The position numbers and the translations under genes were made by a program. Shown in pieces: positions 1 to 14,350 of a DNA stretch of 64,000 bases (its first letter is position 1; each line of letters opens with the position of its first letter). The notes below the pieces were generated by a model. That model saw only the letters and a list, made by a program, of their open reading frames with translations, had not been told where the DNA came from and ran no database searches. The stretch is from Balanoglossus misakiensis (taxonomy: Eukaryota; Animalia; Hemichordata): assembly GCA_040954595.2 (NCBI GenBank), contig CM082593.2, forward strand, positions 5,969,434 through 6,033,433, in the 5' to 3' direction.

Positions 1-25
1 TCAGATTTTTCAAGATTCTACTTAC

Positions 26-1653
26 GATGTCTTGCCACTTCCTGTCGGCCCCATTATTGCATTGACACCAGGAACAAATATTCCACTGTGACAGAGACAA
101 ATTATCAGGGTTAAATCTTTCTATATTTGATATTAATTATCACATTGCAATGATTCCCAAATTCTTTATATATCATGTTTACTATATTTTTAGCAACCCA
201 CTAACCACTAATAATTGAATATTAATTAAAAGTGGGGGTTTGAAGTGATTGCAAATTGCTTCCATTTGGCTCATCGCTTACATAGCCTGTGGCACACCCA
301 ACAGAAATATATTAACATATAAGAAATATTTTGGGAAAGTTGTATACACTTAGATTAGACCAGTAAAATTTATCCATCTATGTCGATGTCCACTGCAGTA
401 TGATCTGATGTATTCAGTCTTCCATGACTATGGCAGTTATATAGTGTAGCTGATACCCTGCATAGTTTTGCTGGATCTACACTACAGAGATTGTGTGATT
501 ACCACTCCAGTAAACTGATAGCTGGTTGCATCATGTGCAATGAGAAGTCGATACAAATGAACTTGGGTTGACATTGACATGTTGACCTGTATACAGCTAT
601 CAAACAAGTTGACTCTTATAAGTTATATAAGACACATACTTGAGATACTAGCTTTCCTAACTTTTCTTGACTACTGTAGAATACATGTACTTATTTTCAC
701 TAGGAATTTATTTTCACCATTTCAGCTGGATTCATTTTTCTGCTAAAATAAAATCCCTGTGATTTTTTTTTTTATTTCCCATTCTGAACACATATGTTGA
801 CAATGAAATAGTGAAAATAAAATCTCAGTAATACTATATATTTTGTTTTCGGTGAAAAATAAATTCTGGTGAATTGAAAATAAAGTATTCCACATTATTT
901 ACCAATGAATAGCCACAAAGGCTAGTTCAACTTTAACCCTTTCTCCATCATGGTCTAGTCCAGCTCCATTGATTTCAATGGCAATTCTGGACCTCATGAT
1001 TTAGGAAAATGGGGGTGAACAGGTTAAATGTGCAACCCTGGAGAGCACAATAGTTCTGCAGTGAAATTTATAATACATAACCGACTAATTTACATAACAC
1101 TGTAACCAATTGTTATGATAATTAGCGGCTATTGTTTTCCCAAAATAAAGGGTATCAGCTTTAATTCATTGTTCTGGGGAGAACACTGCATAATATGAAT
1201 TACATATGGCAACATTAACATGTACATGTGAAAGTACGTTGTAGCTTTGTTGTTTACGCATCTACTGATAAAATTGGATAAATGTCGATTGTACGTCTAA
1301 TAACGAAAAATGTTACAAAGATATTTGAAAAATACTAGTAGTTACCTGACATCTGCAAGTATGTTTTTCTTTGGTTTTTTCCTTCCGGGTTTCACTGTAT
1401 ACACGATATCATGGAAAGAGACTGTCGCTCCTCGCACTTTCGATACTCCAATTCCAAACCGGCTTTTATGGTTTTCAACATCGTTGTGGATGACACGATG
1501 GTTATCTTCTTTGATTTCACACGGCTCTGAGATGTCGCCATTCCCTTCTTGTACGATCGGGGTCTGTGTTACGAGAGACACGGGGTGGGTAATGTCACTA
1601 TCAATATCATTTCCAGTGTTTTGGGAAAAATCGGCGGTTTGCGTGGATCCCAT
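26..1653 (-). CDS. ABCG2: ABCG2-like ABC half-transporter, first two coding exons (gene runs off the left edge)
   Basis: Exons 1346-1653 and 26-85 (GT-AG, phase 2) splice to MGSTQTADF...VSFHDIVYTVKPG...KNILADVSGIFVPGVNAIMGPTGSGKTS. This contains the ABCG2-type Walker A motif NAIMGPTGSGKTS. Confidence 0.85.
933..1027. mobile_element. ~93-bp TTAA-flanked MITE, diverged copy 1
   Basis: TTAACCCTTTCTCCATCATGGTCTAGTCC...GGGGGTGAACAGGTTAA; same family as the copies at 8133, 9336, 23015, 33436 and 34192. Confidence 0.6.
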
Positions 1654-3888
1654 TATGTAGTATTGCACTAGTTTTGCAAAATGACTTAATCTAATATAAA
1701 AACCGTGAAAGTGGTATAAACCATTGACTACAATCACTGATCGACAGATACACTCTCGTTATGGAGGGACTGTGCTTTATGTCATCAGCGCGTGGTTTTC
1801 ACTGCATACTCAAAAATCATTTAGAAATTTACATATCTTACGTCATGAACAACTTACACGCTCACTCTCATCGGCACAATTCATTGAGAGGCGCCCGATC
1901 CGCGGGCACGGTCCAGCGGTGTTTGGAGAAATCTCGAACTCAAATTCTTCAGTGAATTAACGCACTGAGTCCCAGTATATAGTCACGCGTTGCATGCATG
2001 CTAGTTTGTTGAAGATCGCCAAAGACGACGACCTTTCAAGCAACTTTTAAGTAGGACACGACCGCGACCCAACCTTTCGACTAATGGAACGTGCCACCAG
2101 CAATATATAACATGACCCCTATGTGACGTCAACATCCTGGTACTTGGATAGTTGCACCGTCACTGTACTAGCACTCCACACATTGCCACTTTAAGGCTGC
2201 TTTTACCAAGCCTTTTAAATATTTTTTTTAAAAACGTCTAAAATAAAATTTCAATTTGAACAAATGATCGGACGCCTGGTTTCCTTGAGACCCATGAACT
2301 GCATTTAAAAGCTCCAGGTGAGAACGCATGAAATAACAAAATAGTTGATTTTCAGAATTAATATTCTATTTCATGCTAAATTTATGTTATGGGAAATCTG
2401 TTCACGTAACTGATATTGACCCAGATAACAATATTTGCTGAACTTGTCGACGACGCTAACAGGTGAGTCAAGTTAGATCATTGGCGATTAATTTTGACAA
2501 ATGTCGGAGTTGAAAAAAAAAACATTTAAAATTGAAAGCCGCGTCATTGAAAATGATGCTATTTATTGCTCACACGGTTGCCAAGGACGATAACGTTTGT
2601 CAGTTATGATCTCAGTGATTTAGACCAAAAGCCCGGACCAAAAATTATCGGGTGAGGCTATTTCTAGGCATGAACATTGAAAGGCGGATTCTGGATTGAG
2701 ATTTATACATCGAAAACGCAACTTTTCCCTTGCACGCGGTTGCTTCTGAGCCCATCGCTTCTGCGCCATATGCCTTTGTCAAGTCATAGACCCTAGGGTC
2801 TATGGTCAAGTCTAAGCTTACCTGTCCTTGTTCGAGAGTTTCCATTGGAACGGAGTCGTGGTCACGCACTTTGTTGGAAGTCATTCTTCCAGACTTTCCC
2901 GGCTGACTGCCTTGATGCCCGAACTGCACTGGTGATAAAGAAGTTACACAAATGGTCCGATGGTCACCACTAGACCTACGTGTGTATCTAAGATCATTTT
3001 GAGAAATCATAAACTACCCAACGAGTAGACACGAGTACGCACACGTGGATATTACGCAACAAAGAATTTATGTTTTAATCAGATAATTGAGACAGGACAC
3101 CGCCAGACATAACTGTTTTCCTCGGCCATCGTATTTGCCTTGTAAAGACCACGCCCCTCTCCAGAGAATCCGTACATTTTAAACAGCGCCCCCACGAAAC
3201 AGCAAGGCATTTACTTCTCGTTTTTATGCTTTGCCCCGAGGACCAAGTTTTTAGGATCGAGTACGCCTATAATATTAGTCTAAAGTACACGATACGATAT
3301 TACATTTGATCTTCCCATTCTCAAGAACTAGGCCACAATCAATCAATAAATCGATCGATTGATCAAACAACACAAGCAAATACCAGCGGCTGATACTCAG
3401 TTTAATCTAGACGAACTTTCTTCAGGGTCGAACTTTGATGGTGAGAAGGCCTCAGTCAAATCGATGCTGTACTTTGCCAATCCACACAAGAAGTAAACAG
3501 TTCAAACAATTTCATTGGAAAGGGTGGGGTGCCTCTGGTGTTGCTCTGATCGCCTATATAAACAAATGATAAAAGCTCTGGAAATCTGCAATCATAAAAT
3601 GGCTTGAAATCAATTTATAGTATTGGAAAAAAAAACAATTGTACAATTTAAAAATAGTCAATTTCCTTCTAGATTTTTTGAACTTTCTAAACAAAGAAAG
3701 TGGTGGAATATTACAGCCTATTCCATTAGGACCTTTTCGTAGTAAATATATTGGATTTTTTCGGGGACGGAATTTGAATGGCATCTTGAGAACGCAGTCG
3801 TAAGAAGACAGGACTATATGTTGACGCAGGCGCATAGAGGTTACCGGTAACATGTGACTAAGTCGCCATATTGGAACCTATAGCAAAG

Positions 3889-6787
3889 ATGGCGTCCGAG
3901 CAAGTTACTGATAAAAAGGTAAATGCGAGAATTTCAAGTGTCACGCCGGAGTTATACGGAAAATGTTGTCGTTGTTGTGATTTGATTATACTGCGGAACA
4001 TCTGGTGAAAAGAAGAATCACCCAAAACTGCGTTTGTGGCAGTTATGCAACGAAATATGCTCCGTACTACCGGCATGTGCTTTATGAACCGTATTCTGTA
4101 CACTGTATAATCTGAGTTTCCGTCGAATATTCTTTCTCCGTCGCTGAAATTATAAGCGATTCAAACCACACTGAGAATGTGTACTGATCTCACTTCCATA
4201 AAACCATGATCTCCATATGGTATCAGTTACTCTTAAGAACGAGTACCCCAGAAATATCGAATGGAATGGGTGAACCGTGGTGGGGATACCAAATGGTGTT
4301 GATTGGGTCATTCATTTCACAATTGCGTTCGATAAAATTTTCTTCGAAAATGGTAGCACTACATTAGTCTGATTGTTAGGTGGTCACCCAGATATCCCAA
4401 TACTCTTACGATATGTCGGTAGAATATAGTTTAAGGTCAGTTATGGTCACGTCTAACAAAATGAAGCCATACATCTTCTATAATGTGATGTTGTAAGTCA
4501 AGGGGAATGTATGACTTCAAAATCCCTAACCCTATTTTAATCATTTATCACGCCTTGGGAGAATGCAGTTGAATCACCTTTCTTTATTTGGGTGGAAGTC
4601 AATCTTTCTACATGAATTGAAGATGGGGAAATTCTTGACCCAGTAGGCGTTCATTTTGCCTGTTACAATGTAAACAGTAACAAGATTACAGTGTGCATGT
4701 AGCAGCAGGCACAATGAATGACGAACCACAACTGTCATCTTTGGTTCAATCTCCCACTGTTTGCTGTAAAAAAAAGGGCACCAGCATCTCCAATGCCTAG
4801 TAAGGATGAGAGATGGAAATTCTGTGGACATGACCCAGTGTCTAATGTCAAATATGGCGTTGTTTCTTTTTATGACCTTGGGCAGTCGGGTCGAGTGTCT
4901 ATTTCATTGTGTGGCGCAGCTGTGTTGTGTGGTCAATAACGCAATACTACGCATGCGTTTGCTCTGCACTGAACCATTTCAATGTCAAGTCAGGTCGCGT
5001 GAACTTGACCCGACAGGGTATCCATGCAACATGGCCGCTGTCTGTTCACTGACCAACTTTCGCCCGGTCGTTGTACAACTTGCAGGAATCCCCCACGCAG
5101 GTGGAAAAAAACATAGAAACCGATGAGGAGAAAACAGAAGATACAGAGCTGAAGCAACAAGACGGCTCGGAAAGTCCCACGGATTTGATAACGGGAGCAG
5201 CGCAACTACAAATCAAGGACATTGAGAAGATCAAACATCCTTTACAGAACACATGGGCCTTGTGGTTCTTCAAGAATGACAAATCAAAAACTTGGGCGGC
5301 AAATCTTAGGTTGATTACAAAATTTGACACAGTGGAAGATTTCTGGGCGTAAGTATCTTCCTTGTTTCTTTTCTTGAAGCCTGATGAAAAAAAAAGAACT
5401 TAAATATAAATTTAAATGACCATAGGTGCAAAATTCTTTCATTTGCAAAATCTGTTAATGTCACTCGATATTTATTGCTTTTTTGTTTTGTTTGATAATC
5501 TAGGTTATATAACCACATACAGGCAGCCAGCGGACTTCAGTCTGGGTGTGATTACTCATTATTTAAGGTAATATAATTATAATTTATTATTATATTCAAA
5601 ACGGGAATTTTGTAATCCAACCTCTTGAGAATTTGCAGAAAGTATTATTAACTTGTCAATCATCTGTGCATTTAGGATGGAATTGAACCGATGTGGGAAG
5701 ATGAAAGGAATAAAAATGGTGGACGTTGGTTAGTGAGCCTTAACAAACATCAAAGAGGACGGGATTTAGATAGATGTTGGCTAGAAACGGTATGTATGAA
5801 ACTTTTTTTTTGTACACTGAGCTGTGATAACTTTCTTATCTTTTGTGTTTTTCTCCCCCGAAATTTCTGACCAGAGGGGACCTATTTGGGTAATAGGACA
5901 GTTATGTTACTGAGTTTCTATTTTTTCCGAAAAAAAATGATAAAGGCAGTGGCCAGGACCGTGTAATGTTCTGATAGCAACACTTCCTTAACTTCTGATG
6001 CCTTGCATTAAAATCCAAAACAAACAGAAACTCTACCAGGAAATGAACTTTGGATTGAAAGTCGGTGTCAGTCTGAGAAAGCTGCATGTGCTTATGATAG
6101 CTACAGTATCCTAGGGGTATTTTTAACACCAGTGTTGTCTCTTTGTCCAGTTATTATGTCTTGTAGGCGAAGCATTCGATGATGACAACGACCAAGTTTG
6201 TGGGGCGGTTATAAATATTCGCGGAAAGGGCGACAAAATTGCAATATGGACTGGAAATGCAGCAGAAGCAGACGCCACAATTAGAATAGGGTAAGATAAG
6301 CACTTTTAGTGTATAAATACCAACTTCTGAAAAGAGTGAACTCGCCCTGCCTCGTAGTGCCTGCCTTGTTATTGGTCAAACACTATAGTCATCATCTGAG
6401 ATCATTTGCATAAGAGATATACTGTTAGCGCAAGATTGTGCTTGAACCCTTTCACCCCATAAACACTGATGTCTTTTCCTCTTCACACAGACGTAAATTA
6501 AAAGAAAGACTTCATCTTCCGCCAAAAATGATCATAGGTTTTCAAGTAAGTAGCAGTGTCATTTTGTGTATTGTTCAATATCTCAGAAATCCTGATGAGG
6601 TTGCTATAGAAGAATTTGCTCTTACTGAATTGATATGCTTTCATCATGGTCTGTGAAAAAGATTTACTTGTTAATGTTAAACTTGTATATGTATAATAAT
6701 GGTTTTTATTTATGTCTTATTTTGCAGGCACATTCAGATACTATTAGTAAGACCGGGTCAACTGCAAGGAATCTCTACAGTGCGTGA
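3889..6787 (+). CDS. EIF4E: Eukaryotic translation initiation factor 4E, class I (~241 aa)
   Basis: Exons 3889-3918, 5086-5348, 5504-5567, 5676-5789, 6151-6290, 6491-6545 and 6728-6787 total 726 nt in frame. Motifs: KHPLQNTWALWFF, FDTVEDFWALYNHI, DYSLFKDGIEPMWED, GGRW, KIAIWT. Confidence 0.96.
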
Positions 6788-8132
6788 TAGTCGGTCAAGA
6801 CCACACCATCTCAAGATAATTCTAACTGTACAGTGCTCACTCTCTCTCTCTCTCCCAACCCCTCTCTAAGTTATGCTTTCTGTGTCAGCTGATGACAAAT
6901 ATTCCCACTTTCGTTGCTTCAGTGAATGTTGATGGTCAGTGCGTTCGCCAATCACACGACTGACCCGACTGAGTTCTCATTCATTATCTCCCTAGCCCTG
7001 TGAGTTTGTGTCATTTCTTTTTTGGGGGTGCCACACTTTTCTGTTTTGTGTGAAACACACTGTGAAACTGGTATGCTGGACGAGGGACAGCAAATGGGGG
7101 GGGGGGGATATCATCAGTGGCCTCACAGGTATCCTTCAAACTCCGTTGATGCAAGCTTAGAGTTCGGTGAATATTCACTGTCAGTTTTGATCCAGTCGCG
7201 TATAGTTCCTTACACAAAGAATTGACTGTAAACTTATATACCATCAATGGTGGTCCACCAGAAAAAAAAGGCAAAAAATTTAACCACGAATAATCACACA
7301 CACAAAGTTGTGTAACATTGTATTTTGTGTATTAAATACACTGACAATGTGAAAACGTCGCTTTGAAGGAAAAAAAAACACCAACTAAATTGTAACAATT
7401 ATTTCCACTCCAGCTTTGAAAGAGCGAAACACGAGATGATTTCTGTGTCCCTGGGAATCTGCTCTCAAGTCGCCAGCTGGCACGCAACACCTGGGTGGCC
7501 ACTGTTCCAAACTTGACTAATTATTGACAAACGAAACCGCGTAATCAAGAATTTGACGAAGAGTTATTGTGTTCTGTTCCAACCATTTTGGGATTGTAAT
7601 TATTTTTTAAAGTTTTCTGATTGAAACTGAAACTACACTTTACGTATAGTCCAAGGTACATTTTTGAATCTGAGCAAATTTTGCGTTTATTTTAAATTTA
7701 AATTTTTGCATCAGACACTCAAATCCTGAATCCTCACTCTGCCATCGTTGTCATAACCATTCTATAAATAGTGGTTTTATCCTCTTTTTAAGTCGTAATG
7801 ATATTCATAGTTTTCTTGCCACATTTTATTAGAAATTAACTTGGGTTTGACACCTCAGATGTTCATAAAAGCCCACAGAATGAGCAGTTTGAAGGATCTT
7901 CGTAATCAGTTAGTCAAATATATACAGCCAACAACATTTCCCCCCTCCAAGCTCTAGTTTTCTGACAATTCGTACAATCTGCATGATTGGTCCATATCTG
8001 CATGTCGAGAGAACTTTGAGTGGAGAACTTTGTGTTGAGGGTTTGTGTTTCATATGAGACTGACACATCACTCATCATTACTCTGATCGGAAACCTACTT
8101 TATCAGCACTATTGTGAAGAGTACTTAGTTTA

Positions 8133-8220
8133 TACCCTTTCACCGCCATGGTTTGGTCCAAATGCAGTGTTTTCTATGGTAAAGTTGGACCTTTTCAAAA
8201 AGAAATGGGGGTAAAAGGGA
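8133..8220. mobile_element. MITE copy 2 (probably in the eIF4E 3' UTR)
   Basis: ACCCTTTCACCGCCATGGTTTGGTCCAAAT...AAAGTTGGACC...GGGGGTAAAAGGG. Confidence 0.65.
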
Positions 8221-9335
8221 AGGGAAGTCTGCTGAACTGGTAGTCAAGTGACATTAAAGAAGGCAGGCTTTCTTGAATGCTTTTGGCCTGAAGTCAGTGT
8301 TGTTACTCAAAATGAAAATAATTATAAAAAAACAATTATCAGTTTTGATTTTCACCACAAAAAGTTAGTCACGTTAGTCAAAGACTCTATATAATTATTT
8401 AATCTGGAGTTAAAATAAATTCACATAGAGGCAAAAAAAGGGCTTGTATGAAAAGTTAATGCGTAGTTTGTTTCTATAAAATCATACAGTGAACAAAAAC
8501 TTTGATAAAAGAAAAAATATATAAAATATTTTTATCCTGTGCATTGGATGAAGAAGACTGATTATGTTGCTCTTATTTCAGAGAAGATGTTAATAAGGTT
8601 ATCAAGTAGTGTTAAGATCCAGCTTATCAGATATCATTGTAGATGATTTAGGTGAATTTCATTTAAGTTTGGATGTTATGAAAACCTGTCTGTATTTCTT
8701 AGTCTAGCTGTCAAGCAAAGCAAAGTAACAATAGCGAAATTTAAATTCAGTCACCAGATGTTTTCTGCGTAATATTCTCTTCTCTGTCACTTCCTGTAGA
8801 GACAGGCTAAATCTTGTGTAGATTGGAAAGGGATTGACCCTCCATGATGTCATAGGTCACTGGAGGGGTCAGGGTTCAAAGGTGAAATGTTACATTTCCG
8901 AAGTATGTGGAAAAAATGAAGGGATGGATATGAAGTATGTGGAGCGCAGTTTTTCATTGATTTTCGACATGTTGATTCAACAATTGTCGGCCTCTGTTTT
9001 TCTCTCACTGGTTTTGTCATTCGTATTTGCTGACAAAAAGTTGTCAGTATTGTAACTTTTGAAATGGTAAAGTTGGTTTATGTCGAAGAATAACTGGAGA
9101 ATGACAACTCAGAAAGTGGTCCATTAACTAAGCTTATAATGAAGCGGTGTTGAATTTTGATTATTTTGATTAATAATGGCTTCAGCCATTGCATGGCCTA
9201 CTTTGCTGTAAGTTTTCAAAACACTTGTCTGTGATTGGTTGATTTCTTTGTTAAAACCAGGTGTACTCAGAGTAGTGAATGGAGAGCAAGCTGCCAACTT
9301 TCAGAGTGCTGCACTGCACAGTTAGTACAAAATGA

Positions 9336-9443
9336 TTAACGCTTTCACCACCATGGTTTGGTCCATTTCCATTGTATTCAACAGCAGTGCTGGACCTCTC
9401 TACAGGGAAATGGGGGGGGGGGGGGAGGGGGTGAAAGCGTGAA
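9336..9443. mobile_element. MITE copy 3
   Basis: TTAACGCTTTCACCACCATGGTTTGGTCC...GGGGTGAAAGCGTGAA, with an expanded poly-G tract. Confidence 0.6.
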
Positions 9444-10683
9444 AACTCTTTCGATAAAACGCAGTAAAATAATCCGACACGTTGGGAGAGTTTTCTCAAA
9501 TTACCTGTTCATGAAATAATTTTGGTCGACTGACACGACTTATTGTAGTGTATCAGAAAAAGTCATTTCTTTTTATTGTCACTAGTATCAAAAGAGATTT
9601 AAGAGAAAATGTGCGAAACAAAGGCAGCGTCTGCCTTGTGCAACGTTTGAAGCATAGGGTAGGGTTGCAAGTAAGCAAGCCTGATCTCGTAGTGAAATGA
9701 AACTATGGTTCCCTTAATTGTTATATTTTGTGTACCCTACATTCAGTAATAGTGCATTGTCTGCCAGCCATGCAGATTCTATTATGCCATATGCCAAGCT
9801 ATGTTCATTTTTTTCTCTCTTTATAATGTATTGTATAAAATTGTACGATTGTACATACATATAACCCAGTTTTTTTTCCCTCTGTGTTTGTATTTGATTT
9901 TATGGCACTCCCAGAAATGGTGTTAAAAGAAGAAAAAGGATAATTTACTACATGATGTGGTAAAGTATTTTCTATTTGAAAATAAATACTGTTAGTTATT
10001 AATTGCTGTGTGTGGTACATGTACCTTTATGTTGGTACACGTGTGCCAATTTCTTATTCTAGGACTATAGCGCCTCCTGTGTCCATTCTTATGAAACGAA
10101 TGCTTTTGTTTTCCTTCGGATAAGCATGGATGTAGTAGAGAGACCACTATGGGATAACGTTGGCAATGAAAACAACTTTAACTTGACCAATGGGATTTTT
10201 TATACGAACTATAAAATGTTGCGTGTCGCTCGTGTCTCGTCGCGTGACTTGCGACCTTCGTCTAAGTCTTCTCCTGTTCCGCAAGTAACCGCGCTGCGCC
10301 TAATGACTTCCTGCCTGGTTGATCAAGTAGGTGTTCGCGCAGGCGGCATCGTAGTTGGGCTTCGCGCCTCAGCGCAAACGAAGTGCTCAAGGGGGGGGGG
10401 GGCAGTCGGTATGGTAATGCTCGATTGTGGGCCAGTTTGTTTTTATTACGAGCAAAATTTATACAAATTTCTCCGCGATTGTGACAGAAATGCATCCAAT
10501 AGCCATCATGATGAATTTCACGAATTTGCTAATCACGCGTGGGAATGCTAATCAGTGTGATATTATATTTACTTCATTCAAATTTAATTTCATTATTCAG
10601 AAGCTATTTTGGGAAACATGTACGGTTGGGCGTGGAATTTGACATGTTATGTATATAGTAATTTGACCTTGCGCAAACGAAAA

Positions 10684-11161
10684 GTGACGTAACAATTCGG
10701 GAAATAAGTCTGCAACAGTGAAATACGCATGCGTTGCCTTCACAAACACCCGCGGAATGATACAGTTTTTGACTAGTTACCAGGCTCGTTTACATATACA
10801 CGGCCTTGCTTGTTACGTAACTTTTCTAGGAAACCCAATCATACTTTTCAGCGGACATGCGCGCTGGCTATTCGTCTGTTTAGTCCTGGCGGCGTCATTG
10901 ATCTGATGTATTAGGGCAGGGACGCGACGTTCGCACGGATACAATTGACACACGGAGTGACCTTGGTGAGAGATTTTCCATATACATGTAATAATAATAG
11001 CCGGAAATCGTTTTAAAAGAAAAAAATCCGTTCGCGAAAATAATACAGATCAGCCCAGATCGTTTCTATCAAAAGCTCAACATTTCTCATCAAATAAATG
11101 TATCCATCATATGATGTATCTTGGTGGAGTTTTTGCGCTGGGAGAACATTAATTACGTAAC
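10684..11161. promoter_or_regulatory. D-box/E4BP4-site cluster downstream of NFIL3
   Basis: GTGACGTAAC at 10684-10693, GTTACGTAAC at 10812-10821 and ATTACGTAAC at 11152-11161 all fit the E4BP4/PAR-bZIP consensus RTKAYGTAAY. Confidence 0.5.
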
Positions 11162-12064
11162 GATGATGTTGGCAGATGGCTAATATTGATTGATAAATTA
11201 CATGACAAAGGTTCCCATGCCACTGACGCATGTCATGTTTTCGCTCGCTTTTACTGTGTCAGAGTGCACCAAGTTGGACTCTCCGCTTCAGGGCCTGTTG
11301 CATAACGCTGTTCGGTAACAGTACCGTAGGCGTATATGCTTGCGTCATTCTCTGCTACATGGCACTGCACTGGGCCGGGCCCAGACTTGCTCCAAGTCTG
11401 TGGGCTTCATTATTAATATACATTTCAGAAAATTCAAGGACTCCGACAAGGTAGTTCCCAAGAAAAAAAAGTATTTTAATTCACCAAAACAGATACAGTA
11501 CAGCGCTAGCAAACATAGTTTCAGCTTGTATGGAAAGAGAAAACGTGCGATTTGTAAAATTATCGATAGTCTGTACCATTCCGGATGATACTATAAAATG
11601 CACCCGCAAATTCAACATGGTCACGGCGAATGCAAACACAGACAAATATTTCTGGTTACATACGGGTAACTTGAGAGACAAATCAAATGTAGTCTGCAAA
11701 AAAATACAGCAGGAATAAGGCCTACGTGTTTTGCGCGATGGTTGACACCCGCTTATGATGATCGGACCGATTATTCCAATAAAGTCACAGAGCCGACGGC
11801 CAGGGGTTGACGGCAATGAGGATATGAACACAGTGCAGTAAAGGTGTTCGTAAAATTATGAAAATAATACAAAACAAGTAGTTGTCAATGACACAGTCCC
11901 CGCTGGATCGATATGTTAAGAATGCAATAAGAAAACGGTGCTGGAATTAATGAAATCGGCCATTGTGTGTCTGCAAAATGACATGTAGTACACGTGATGC
12001 CATCTGCATGTACCTAATTTCATCGTGTACAAGGCAATTTAAATTACGCCCCCTGTCAAAAGCC

Positions 12065-13540
12065 TCAACCCAGTTTTGTTTTCACAATATCTTTCAAAGT
12101 CGTGATGTCTGAAGAGAGTGAGCGAAGTGTGTCTCGCAGTTGATTGTTCTCATATTCTAAGTATGACGACCTGAAGTTATCGAATGTCTTTGTCACCTCG
12201 GGGAAGGAACCGAACAACAAGTTATTGGCGCCCGTGTTGACGGCTTGGACGTCCATCATCATCTGGGCGGGCAGGGCAACATTCTGGTGTCTGTCCGTGG
12301 TGGCGTCCAGTTGGAACACGTAGGGCGGCAGTAACGTCACATTTGCTGGCATCTGTACTTTGGGGATACTTTTCGGGGAGGGGTTGGCTGCGAGGGCTGG
12401 AGTCTGAAACAACCCGGCCCTGGAGAGGGCGTCGATCGTGTTTGCGGCTCTGTTGTCGTTGTGGATTTCGTTATGTTTGGCTAAGTTGGCCTCGGTGAGG
12501 AAAGTCTGGTTGGCCTTTTCGAAGTCCCGCTGATTGGCACTGCGGAGCGTTTCCAGTTGACTGGTGGAGCCACCTTGTTTGGCAGTGGCCACTGCAGTTC
12601 GTTTCTCGGCCGTGAGCTGGCGAATGATGTCACTGTCAGATTTGTTTTTCAGTCTCAGCTTGTGTGGCAGTCTGTAGGTGTCGTCGTTCAAGTTTTTCGC
12701 CGAGCTGGTGTTGCTACCCTCGGAATCAGGGCTGCCTGGTCGGGAAGGCATGGCTGGGTAAGATTTCTCCACGCCCATCACCTCCGCGTGCTGATCACCC
12801 ATACTGCGCTGTTTAACTTGAATCAAAGCAGGCATCTTCCTGGAAGGTCTTCTGTCAATGCTTTCATCACTGACACTTTCACTCACAGCCGCCCAATCTG
12901 GTTTTCCCGCGTTCCCCTCGAGGAGTACGCCGCCATTCGTCTCGGTCTGCTGGTCCAAATTGTGATCTCGCTTTCGCTTGGTGGCCACATCAGTCTTCTT
13001 GGCACTGTTGTCCTCCGTCTCATCCGGGACCCCGAACCGCTTCTTCAGGGCGGTTAATTCCGCCTTCAATGTGCAGTTTTCGTCGGTCAACGCGAGCAGT
13101 CGTTGCTCCATCATCATGTCGTTCATCCTCCGCTTCTCCCTCGACCTTTTGGCGGCCTCGTTGTTCTTCCTCCGCTTGTCCCAGTAGCTCCTGTCCTTCC
13201 TCTCGTCCGGGGTGAACTCTCGCCTCTTGCGAGAGGCAATGATCAGGTCATTCTTCTGCAGGGCGGTCATGTTGGACTGCACCGGCGGCGGTGTCATTCC
13301 GTTGACGCTGTTCCCTCCGTGGATGTTCTGAACCGGCAGGAAGCTCCCCTGGAATGGGAAGACTTGCTGCAGCGCCACGGGAACTGGGCGCGAATCAGTC
13401 ATGGAGGTTGTCGTCGTTGCCATGGTTCCCATGACCATGGTCTTCGTGGTCTCGTTGTCCCGCGCTTGCAGTGGTGAGCTGTCTTGCGTCATGATCGATC
13501 TAACCGCTTTCTGAAAATCCGGAGAAGAGTAAACACGCAT
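12065..13540 (-). CDS. NFIL3: NFIL3/E4BP4 (vrille-like) bZIP repressor, single coding exon, 491 aa
   Basis: b[41 protein letters not shown], repression motif LPHKLRLK, and C-terminal [23 protein letters not shown] resembling the vertebrate NFIL3 tail. An acceptor at 13599/13600 and a likely non-coding exon donor near 14621 match the vertebrate gene layout. Confidence 0.92.
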   Translation of the reverse strand: MRVYSSPDFQKAVRSIMTQDSSPLQARDNETTKTMVMGTMATTTTSMTDSRPVPVALQQVFPFQGSFLPVQNIHGGNSVNGMTPPPVQSNMTALQKNDLIIASRKRREFTPDERKDRSYWDKRRKNNEAAKRSREKRRMNDMMMEQRLLALTDENCTLKAELTALKKRFGVPDETEDNSAKKTDVATKRKRDHNLDQQTETNGGVLLEGNAGKPDWAAVSESVSDESIDRRPSRKMPALIQVKQRSMGDQHAEVMGVEKSYPAMPSRPGSPDSEGSNTSSAKNLNDDTYRLPHKLRLKNKSDSDIIRQLTAEKRTAVATAKQGGSTSQLETLRSANQRDFEKANQTFLTEANLAKHNEIHNDNRAANTIDALSRAGLFQTPALAANPSPKSIPKVQMPANVTLLPPYVFQLDATTDRHQNVALPAQMMMDVQAVNTGANNLLFGSFPEVTKTFDNFRSSYLEYENNQLRDTLRSLSSDITTLKDIVKTKLG

Positions 13541-14350
13541 AAGGTTTTGTCAGTTTGTTCAGATCATGATGGGTGGGCATATGTTATGGCGTCGCGTCGC
13601 TGCAGCCACGAAAAACAAGAAACACTAAAAATCATATTTTTAAATTTTTGTGGTTTCACGATGTATGAAACGTGTACTTGTTTTGGAAGTAAACTTGACA
13701 CAACACGGCAATAAATTAGACTTATATCTGTAGGTACACTGCACCGCTTGAATTAACCATGTTACCCCATTTTCCGGTGTAAAGACAATAGACTCTAGGG
13801 TCTATGGCAAAGGTCAAGCGTCGGAGTAGGACCAAACTGTGGTGGTGATAGCCCCCCCCCCCCCCGTTATAAAAAATAGCAAAAAGCGATTAGCATTGAA
13901 GGTCACTCTTATCCAACATGTTAATTTGTGTTTATGAAACAAAGAGGAGGTCCCCGGGCGTGGCTTGACCCGTCAAAGTCTGTTAGGTCCTGCTGTGACT
14001 GATGGACATTCAAATATCTCCCCTAATAACAAAGCATGTACAACTAAAACTTGCTTTAAAATCTTAAATTGCATTTTCAAGCTCGGTAAGGTTTAAGACA
14101 GTGACCTCGCGTGTTGCATGCAGCAGTAACATTAATTTATTGATACTCGTAAACCGAGGGAAAATTTGTTTGATGCCGAGGGGTGTTCTTTACTTGCAGT
14201 GGACAAGTGTCGGTCGTATCCCTGGCTGTGGTCAGTCTTGTGTACGTGATACATGCCAAGAAAACTGGCAGTTTGCGCAAGCGCAAGCATTATCGCCACA
14301 CTCTTTGCATCAGTGGATAACCGTACCACGATCAAGGTGACATTGGACAC

